NCBI RefSeq assembly: GCF_009914755.1
Contig: NC_060926.1
Source: the human T2T-CHM13v2.0 reference genome, Homo sapiens
Reading direction: 5' to 3' (one strand)
Length of the DNA: 64,000 nt
Position numbers and translations under genes: made by a program. The notes under the pieces were generated by a model. It ran no database searches and was not told the DNA's origin. It worked only from the letters and a program-made list of their open reading frames with translations. Positions 50,470 through 64,000 of the stretch are shown one piece after another (position 1 is the first letter of the stretch; the number at the start of each line of letters is the position of its first letter).

Positions 50470-51020
50470 CCTGTAGTCCCCAGCTACTCCCAAGGCTGAG
50501 GCGAGAGATGCTTGAATCTGGGAGACAGAAGTTGCAGTGAGCCAAGATCATGTCTCTACACTCCAGCCTGCGTGACAGAGCAAAACCCTGTCTCCAAAAA
50601 AAAAATAAATAAATAAATAAAAAATTAGACAGTTGTGGTAGCCCATGCCTGTATTCTCAGCTACTTGGGGGAGCTGAGTTGGGGGGATCACTTGAGCCCG
50701 GGAAGTCGAGGCTACAGTGAGCTGTGGTCATGCCACTGCACTCCAGCCTGGGTGACAAAGTGAGATCCCTTCTCTACAAAGAAAAAAATAAATAAAGAAG
50801 TCATCCACCATGGGCACTGAGTCTGATAACCACATACTTTCCTCAGCATAAATCTCCCAGTAGAGTTGCTTTTAGAAAATAGAAGTCATCCCAGCGCAGT
50901 GGCTCATGCTGTAATCCCAGCACTTTGGGAAGCCAAGGTGGGAGAATTGCTCGAGCCCTGGAGTTAGAGACCATCCTGGGCAACGTAGTGAGACCCCATC
51001 TCTATATACAATTTTAAAAA
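50470..51020 (+). mobile_element. Cluster of three Alu monomer fragments
   Basis: Two right-arm pieces (50470-50620, ~50625-50795) and a left-arm/FLAM piece (~50890-51020). Confidence 0.85.
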
Positions 51021-51109
51021 GTAGCTCCCTCACCCACAGCTGAGTTTTAACCCCATCCTCCCACTCCCCACCCCTCACCCCACCCTCCAGGACCAGGCCC
51101 TGTACTCAC

Positions 51110-53212
51110 CTCTCCCTTTCTGTTCAGGGGAGCCCTGAGGGCCAGGAAGACCCTGATCCCCATTCTCTCCCTGCTCCCCCAGGGGACCCAATCAGTCCAG
51201 TGAGACCTGAGTGGCCCCTAGAGAAGGGAGCAGGTGGTCGGGGAACACAGGAGGAGTCACGTGGGTGGGGGAGAAAGGCCAAGACACAGAGAATGCCCTG
51301 GGCACAGGGTCTGTGGGGGGCCCTCACTGAGCAGGGACCCCGGGGCCTGGTGGCTGGGGGCCTGGAGCAGAGCAGGCCCCTCAGAGTCCCACAGGCTTCA
51401 GGGCTGAGGGTGATGGGAGACACACCTGGCCATGTGTCTGTCACTCACCTTCTCTTCCTCAGCTCCAGCATTGCTCCCGAAGCCAGGAAGCCCTGGGGGT
51501 CCCTTTGGGGAGACAGAAGTCCCTCTCTCCAGAGAGAGGAGGAAACTCGGTTCTCCCATCGCCTCCCACTTCCTGCAGGGCCTTAGCTGGCTGCCCCAGG
51601 GCGCCCACCCTCACCCCTCACCAGCCCCATCCCAGTCACTCACCACAGGACTGGAAGGCCCAGCCTGGCCTGTGGCTCCAGGTTGGCCTTGCTGACCCTG
51701 CAGATTTGAGGGGACCCCAGGGACGGGGAGGAGCACCCCACATTGCACTCCTCCCCGGGCTTTTCACCTTCCTCCTCAAGCCCAGCCCTTGCCTGCAGTG
51801 ACTCACACTGGGCCCCAGAGCCCCTCAGACCATCAGCACCAGCTGGGCCTGTGGGACTCAAGGCACCCACAGCACCTGGAGGCCCAGAAATGCACACAAG
51901 GAATGTGTCCGGAAAGGCAGTGGAGGGGATGTGAATTGGAGCAGGAGTTCAAAGTGGAAGGCGTGAGGCAGGGAGGAGGGCCCGAAGCCTGGGAGCCCCA
52001 GGGCAGTAATAACTATAGGAAACCCCTGTCCCCAGAAGGGGTCAACATGGGATACGTGGATGGGGGTGGTGGGTAGACATCTGGAGACAGAGGCACCTGA
52101 GGGGCAGAAAGGCAGAGGGGAGGCTCCAGCACCCAGGGGCAGCCTCTCTTTCACCTGGGCTTTACTCCTCATCGGCCCTGGGGACCAGGCATGCCAGTGA
52201 GACCCTGCAAATGGGAACGGAGGGAGAGAACATGAGGCCTGGGCAGCCAGGCGCCACTCTTCCCCTTCCTGTGCTACACACACGCACACACACTGCACAC
52301 ATGCACATACTATAGACACATTGCACACACTGCACACACATGGCACACACACACAGATGCAGAGGTCCTGTTGCGAAAACGCACAGGTGTATGTGCATCT
52401 CAGGAAGAGCGAGTCACCCACACCCCACCTGGAGGCCCAGGTTAACCTGTGGCCCAGCAGAAAAGCTGGCCAGTCCCTCCACCAGTGTCCATTGATTGGT
52501 CAGTAAACATGACCACTGCTGTTGAGAACATGTTCACCAAACCTCAGGAACAACATACCCAGGACGTCACAGACTCAAACCCATGTGCTCATGCCTCCCG
52601 TTGCCATGCACACATCAGGGACAGCACAGATACCAGGCATCTCCCTGCCCGCCCCACCAGCCATTGCCCAATCTCTACCACATGGCCTAGGGACTGCCTC
52701 CCAAGGACCCAGAGCCCACCTCACTCACCCACTTGACTAGTGGCCCAGGGGTTCTATTCTCCCCAGCAGGACCAGGGAATGCCTAGGAAGAGAAGAACTG
52801 GGATGGGTGTGTGTTTGGCCTCCAGCCAAGGGACCTCTCAGGAGTGGGTATAGAAGAGGGCTAAGGGGCTGAAGGCTGGGGCTCAGTGGGGGTGGTGGGG
52901 TCACTGGTCATTCATAGATTGTCCTGGTTTGCCATCCTTGCCACAGTCACCCTTAGCACTGTCCTGGCCCTGCAGGGGTGAAGCAAGGCCAGAGGAGGCC
53001 CCAACCTGGCTGGCATCACCCCTAAAATCACCAATCTTCCCATCCCCCTGCCTGTCCTGCCATATCTCCAGCTTCCCAGTACCCAAGCCCATTAGCCACA
53101 TGGAGGTTCCTCATAGAAGCCCCACCCTCTTTTCCCCTTCCCCCTCCCTAAGACACCCGAGTCACGAGTCACCTTCTCCAGGGGCGTCAGGGTCTCCAGG
53201 AAAATCAAGACC
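51110..53212 (-). pseudogene. Unprocessed COL11A2-like collagen pseudogene fragment (at least 7 exons)
   Basis: Gly-X-Y exons with splice sites: ~53157-53212 GLDFPGDPDAPGEG; 52916-52969 GQDSAKGDCGKDGKPGQS (54 bp); ~52155-52205; ~51807-51890 ..GPAGADGLRG; 51644-51697 GQQGQPGATGQAGPSSPV (54 bp); 51449-51502 GPPGLPGFGSNAGAEEEK (54 bp); 51110-51217 [10 protein letters not shown]... (108 bp). Same order as remembered COL11A2. Confidence 0.85.
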
Positions 53213-53324
53213 CTGATCCAAAGAGAGAACAAGGATCAAGGTCGCAGCCCCTTAAGCCCGCTCAACACAGACTACCACAGGCACATGCCACCCTCTCCCT
53301 CTGTACAGACAGTGCCTGCCACCT

Positions 53325-53779
53325 TGCCGGATCTGTCCCACAGACCCTGGCTGATGGATGAAATGAGTACTCAGACACAGGTATGCAGTGTAAGAGCAGC
53401 TAGGTGACTGCCCGGCCCCAGTGGCCAGAGAGCAGCTGTGAGAAGCTGGAGCTGCTTGCTTTTATTCAGTGCAGGCACAATGGTGAAAACCTGGAGCCAA
53501 CACAACCTGTAGATAATTAACATTTATTGTTCCCCTTTCAGGGAACGTCAGGCGCACGGATGATCAAAGGTCAGTTCCTGGTTGATGTAAGTGAACAATC
53601 TTGTTTAAGAAAAATTCCCCCACACTCCCTTGTAGCTACTCCTTGCCCTCTACCTCAGGGTTATAGAACAGCTGCCTTCAGCTATTCTCCTCCTGGGGCT
53701 CTGTAGAAACTTCCGACCTTTCAGAAGGTTTGTGTCCTTTCCCTATAGTTTTTCCCACCACTCTGACCAATCCCCCACA
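53325..53779 (-). mobile_element. Solo LTR, LTR22-like (HML-5/HERVK22)
   Basis: TG...CA termini; 6-bp TSD ccacct/ccgcct; clearly related to the LTR at 7036-7526. Confidence 0.8.
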
Positions 53780-53802
53780 CCGCCTCCCTAGGAAGAGGGT
53801 CT

Positions 53803-54454
53803 CTTTTATCGGAGTGTGATGAGATTCCTGAGGGGTTATTAGACCCTGTTTCGTGAAGGAATAGAAGGTGGAGAATTGTTAGGGCTATAATGATGAAAGG
53901 TAAGATGAAATGGAAGGTGAAGAATCGTGTAAGAGTGGCTTTGTCAACTGAAAATCACCTCAGATTCACTGGGCAAGGTCAGTCCCGACATATGGAGTAG
54001 CTGATATTAGGTTTGTGGTTACTGTAGTGCCTCAGAATGGTATTTGGCCTCATGGAAGCACATAGCCTATAAACGCTGTTGCTGTGGTTGTAAGCAAGAG
54101 AATAATGCCAGTGTTTCAGGTTTCCAAATATGTGAATGAGCCATAATATAAGCCTCGGCCGACATGTAGGAAGAGGCAGATGAAGAATGTTGAAGTACCG
54201 TTAGCGTGAAAAAAGCGGGTAATTCAGCTATAGTTCACATCTCGGTTAATATAGGCGACTGAAGAGAAAGAAATTGAGGTATCTGGTGTGTAATGTATGG
54301 CCAGATATAACCCTGTGATGATCTGAAGGATTAAGCAGGTGCCAAGAAGTCAGCCCAAGTTTCATCATATAGAGATATGAGATGGAGTGGGGAGGTCGAT
54401 GAGTGAATAATTAATGATTTTTATTAGTGGATTTGTTTTATGTATTATGGTCAT
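53803..54454 (-). pseudogene. MTCYBP: MT-CYB pseudogene, 5' half
   Basis: ATG at 54454; [47 protein letters not shown] motifs. Confidence 0.93.
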
Positions 54455-54458
54455 TAGT

Positions 54459-54527
54459 GTTCTTATAGTTGAAATACAACAATGGTTTTTCTTATCATTA
54501 GTCATGGTTATAATCCGTGTGGGAATA
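54459..54527 (+). tRNA. mt-tRNA-Glu pseudogene (NUMT)
   Basis: gttcttatagttgaaatac...gggaata between CYB and ND6; TTC anticodon. Confidence 0.85.
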
Positions 54528-55047
54528 ATGACATATGCTTTGTTCCTATTAAGTGTTCTTTTGGTTATGGGATTTGTAGGTTTTTCTTCTAAACCTCCAA
54601 TTTATGGGGTCTTAGGGTTAATTATTAGTGGTGCTATGGGTTGCGTTATTGTACTAAATTATGGTGGGGCTTTTATGGGATTAATAGTCTTTTTGATTTA
54701 TTTGTAGGGGATCATGGTTGTTTTTGGCTATACTGCGGCGATGGCTATTGAGGAATATCCAGAGGAGTGAGGATCAAGCATTGAGGTTTTAGGAACGTTA
54801 TTATTGGGTTTAGCAGTAGAGTTGGTGTTAACTTGATGAATAGCTGAGTATGATGGGCTGGTGGTTCTAGTTAACTTTAATAGTATGGGAAGTTGCGTAA
54901 TTTTTGAGAGTGACGGGCCAGGGTTGGTTCATGAGGATTCTGTGGGTGCGGGTGCTTTCTGTAATTGTGGGTGTTGATTGGTGGTGGTTGCTGGTTGAAT
55001 TGTTGGCTGGTGTTGATATTATAATTGAAGTTACTCAGGGCAACAGA
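54528..55047 (+). pseudogene. MTND6P: MT-ND6 pseudogene
   Basis: [27 protein letters not shown]...; AGA mitochondrial stop at 55045-55047. Confidence 0.93.
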
Positions 55048-56837
55048 TTAAATACTTAAGAGTAAAGTCAAAAAGGATGGAACAAAAGAAGAGGAAATAA
55101 GATTTAATTAGGCCTTTTTGAGTAGTTATAGTAACAGAGGCTGTGATTTGGGTTTGTGAAATTGTTTTTGGTATGGACTTTTCTAGTCAAATTAGATAAT
55201 AGAAGTGATGCCAGGTTTTGGCTTATAGATAGGCTTGAGTGAGGGGTTATACAGTGAATTGTGATTGAGTAAAATCCTAATATGTTAGAAAAGTTGAATA
55301 TTTGTAATGGGTGTTTTATTTTAAGATTATTAATTCTAGAACTCAGTTCTATAGCCAGTAAAAGCCCTAGGATGTTTACACCTAGGGCTGCAAGTTTTAG
55401 ATGAGGTGCTATTGTTGTTTGTGGGGATGAAGCAGGGGCAATGCTATTGGTAAGGAGAAACCCAGCGAAGATGCTGTCAACTATAAGGTGTTTAATTGGA
55501 TTTATTAGGGAAGGAATATTTTCATTAATGTTGATTAGGGTTGGGAAGTGGGGTTGTCCTATTAGGGCAAAGGAAATAATTTGCATACTGTAGACACTTG
55601 TTAGGGAAGTGGCAATGAAAGTAATAGAGAGGGCTCAGACATTGGTATATGACGTGTTTGTGGTTTCGATGATGAGATCTTTAGAGTAAAAGCCTGTGAG
55701 GAAGGGCATACCCGTAAGTGCTAGGCTGCCAATAATAAGGGAGGAGAAAGTAAGGGGTAAAGTCTTAAATAGTCCTGTTTTTCAGATGTCTTGTTCATCG
55801 TTGAGGCTGTGGATGATAGATCCTGAACACACAAATAATATAACTTTGAAAAAGACATGGGTGCAGATGTGTAGGAATGCTAGGTGTGGTTGATTAATGC
55901 CAGTTGTGGTTATTCTAAGGCCCAGTTGACTTGAGGTGGAGAATGCTACGGTTTTTTCAATATTATTTTGTGTTAAAGCACAGATTGCTGTAAAAAAGTG
56001 GTAATAGCCCCTAGACATAGTGTAAGGGTTTGGATTAACACATTATTTTCTATTAAGGGGTGGAAATGAATAAGTAGGAACACTCCTGCCACAACTATAG
56101 TGCTAGAGTGGAGTAGGGCTGAGACAGGGGCTGGGCCTTCCATGGCAGAAGGAAGTCAGGAGTGGAGGCCAAGTTGGGCTGTTTTTCCTGCTGCTGCTGC
56201 TAAGAGAAGGCCAATTAATGGAAGAAGATCGGGGGTAGGATTTAGGATAAATATTTGTTGAGGCTCTCATGTATTGGAGGATGTGAGGAATCAGGCTATA
56301 GCTAAAATGAAGCCAATATCGCCAAAGCGATTATGTAGGATCGCTTGCAGGGCTGTTGTATTAGCATCTGCTCAGCCATGTCATCAGCCAGTTAGTAGAA
56401 AAGACACAATTCCTACGCCTTCTCATCCAATAAAAAGTTGAAAAAGGTTGTTGGCGGTAACTAGAATTAATATTGTGGTGTGGAAAATAAGTAAATATTT
56501 GCAAAACTGATCAATATTAGGATCTAACTTTATATATCATATAGAGAATTCTATAATCAGGTGACAAATAGTGCTACTGGAATAAACATTATGGAGAAGT
56601 AGTCTGAAGCTTAATGAGAGTTTAAGGGTTTGGATTGTTATTCAATATCAGTTTGAGATGATGGGTTATTGGTCTGTAGATATAAACATTCTTGTGGGAA
56701 TGCGGCTAATGGTGAAGGTGCATGCAATAGCTATTTTTACATAATATGGGTACAAGTTCTTCTTGTAAGGGTTGATGAAGGTAATAATAATTGGTAAGGT
56801 TAAGGAGATTAAGGTTATTATGGTAATACGTGATTAT
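55048..56837 (-). pseudogene. MTND5P: MT-ND5 pseudogene
   Basis: [37 protein letters not shown] motifs; frameshifted. Confidence 0.94.
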
Positions 56838-56907
56838 TATTTTATTTGGAGTTGCACCAATATTTTTGGTTCCTAAGACCAACAGATAGCTCTTATCCTC
56901 TAAAAGT
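56838..56907 (-). tRNA. mt-tRNA-Leu(CUN) pseudogene (NUMT)
   Basis: Position and ttggtcttaggaaccaaaaatattggtgcaactccaaataaaa sequence. Confidence 0.85.
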
Positions 56908-56966
56908 TGAGAAAGCCATGTTGTCAGGCATGGGGGCATGAGTCAGCAGTTCTTGCACACTTTCTT
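56908..56966 (-). tRNA. mt-tRNA-Ser(AGY) pseudogene (NUMT)
   Basis: D-armless ~59 nt; aagaactgctgactcatgccccc. Confidence 0.82.
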
Positions 56967-57035
56967 GGTAAATAAGAAGAAGCAGACTTCTATTATTAGA
57001 TCCACAATCTCACGTTTTGATTAAACTGTATTTGT
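56967..57035 (-). tRNA. mt-tRNA-His pseudogene (NUMT)
   Basis: Follows ND4; agattgtggatct anticodon arm. Confidence 0.82.
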
Positions 57036-58400
57036 AGGGTATAGACTGTATAATAATTTTAGGGTTTAGAGATAATAGAATAGGTGAAAGGTGTATAAAT
57101 ATTAATATAGTTTTTCATGTAAAGGAGGGCTTAATACTGTTAATATAATAAGTAAGTGTTTGCTGGTGTGTTGTGACAAGGATGTGAAGGAAATAAAGGG
57201 CTGTAATTAATATATTACATCCTATAAGCATAATGGTAATATTTGATCAGGAGAGTGAAGCCACTCTTACGAGGAGTTCACCTATTAGATTAGTGGAGGG
57301 GGGTAAGGCAGGGTTAGTAAGATTTGCTATAAGCCATCAAAAGGGTATTAGTGGAAATAATATTTGAAGCCCTTGAGAGAGTAATATGATTCGGCTGTGG
57401 GTTCGCTTGTAGTTTGAATTTGCTAGGCAGAAAAGTAGGGACGAAGTAAGTCCGTGGGCAATTATGAGGATAATAGCAAGATAAAGCTTCAGGGGATTTG
57501 AATAAGGATAGCCATAATAACAAGTGCCATATGGCTTATGGAGGAATATGCAATAAGTGACTTTAGATCAGTTTGTCATAGACAGATAGAGCTTCTCATA
57601 ACTATACCTCATAAGGATAACATGAGGAAGGGATAGACTATATATTCTGTCAGGGGGCTGAGGATAAGGGTTAAGTCGTATTATGCCATAGCCGCCTAGT
57701 TTTAGGAGTCCTGCTGCAAGTACTATTGAACTGGCAATAGGAGTTTCTACATGGGCTTTAGGAAGTCATAGGTGAAGTCCGTATAGGGGTATTTTTAGCA
57801 TAAAAGCCATTATACACACCATATAAAGTTGTTGGATCAGGAAATTAATAGTTGTTGGGTATTAAATGTTATTATGCTCAGTGAGCCTAGGATATTTTGG
57901 GTGTAAGTAAGTATAATAAGTAGGGGGAGAGATCCTACTAGTGTATAAAGTAAGAAATATGTGCTTGCATTGAGGCATTCTAGTTGGTTGCCCCAGCGGG
58001 TAATAATAATTAAGGTGGGGATAAGTGTAGTTTCAAAGAGAATATAAAATATAATTAGTTCTGTGGCTGTAAATGCTGTAATTAGAAAAACCTGTAGGGA
58101 GATCAATATGGAAATATAGAGCTTTTTCTGTGGGAGGGATTCACTGGAGAGGTGATACTGGCTTGCTGTAATTATAAGAGGTAATGGCCAGGCTGTTAAG
58201 ATTAGAAGGGGTGATGTTAGGGGATCAGAGGAGAAAGTTGATGAGGAGTTGAATAGATTGTCGTTGAATTGATTAAAGAATAATAGGGCAATAAAGCTGA
58301 TAATTAGGCTGTGAGTGGTTATATTCATCCAGAGTATAGGATTTTTAGAGAGTCATGTTATTGGTAGCAGTGTGATTGTTAGAATGATAACTTTTAGCAT
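57036..58400 (-). pseudogene. MTND4P: MT-ND4 pseudogene
   Basis: ATG at 58400; [32 protein letters not shown] motifs. Confidence 0.94.
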
Positions 58401-58553
58401 TGAAGTAAATTTAGGTTATGCACATAGTTTAAGTCATATGTGTTGGAAATTGAAACTAGTAAGGCAAGGCCCACTGCGGCTTTGCCGGCAGCAAATACTA
58501 GTAGGGTGATGGGTACTACGGTTGCTAGGGTAAAATGTATATTTAAAGTTATA
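58394..58553 (-). pseudogene. MTND4LP: MT-ND4L pseudogene, 3' part, cut by L1
   Basis: [39 protein letters not shown] with 7-nt ND4 overlap. Confidence 0.92.
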
Positions 58554-58554
58554 A

Positions 58555-64000
<5,446 letters not shown>

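Larger units (their letters stand above)
53803..58553 (-). other. NUMT, old nuclear copy of mtDNA from ND4L to CYB
   Basis: Mitochondrial gene order ND4L-ND4-His-Ser-Leu-ND5-ND6-Glu-CYB preserved; many indels and stops. Confidence 0.97.

Noticed and set aside
54459-57035. Functional tRNA genes
   Set aside because: Mitochondrial-type relics inside a NUMT, with mismatched stems and no Pol III context.

Overview
Primate (very probably human, 2q21.1 segmental-duplication-like) genomic DNA; eukaryotic, repeat-rich, and most ORFs in the supplied track are repeat or GC-rich artefacts. One intact protein-coding gene: the intronless RAB6A'-derived retrogene RAB6D/RAB6C-like (47667-48431, minus). The rest is a mosaic of relics: unprocessed FAR2 pseudogene exons (plus strand, 20179-42689), TSD-bounded processed pseudogenes of ARHGAP42 and SSBP3, a ~2 kb intron-retaining COL11A2-like fragment, a ~4.8 kb old NUMT (CYB to ND4L with four tRNA relics), two near full-length L1PA elements, three shorter L1s, three solo LTRs and many Alus. 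Best hunt results: (1) five or six exon-like segments on the minus strand (23.3 kb to 4.9 kb), interleaved with the FAR2 exons, that read in order like a decayed PTEN/TPTE/tensin-type phosphatase-C2 gene (by-eye alignment to remembered sequences, needs an HMM test); (2) the two long inverted L1s share many non-consensus changes including ORF2 stops, and one is an exactly spliced copy; (3) one L1 target site present three times, recording two insertions at the same nick, one with 3' transduction and 5' inversion. Repeat subfamily names and all homology calls come from recognition, not database searches.
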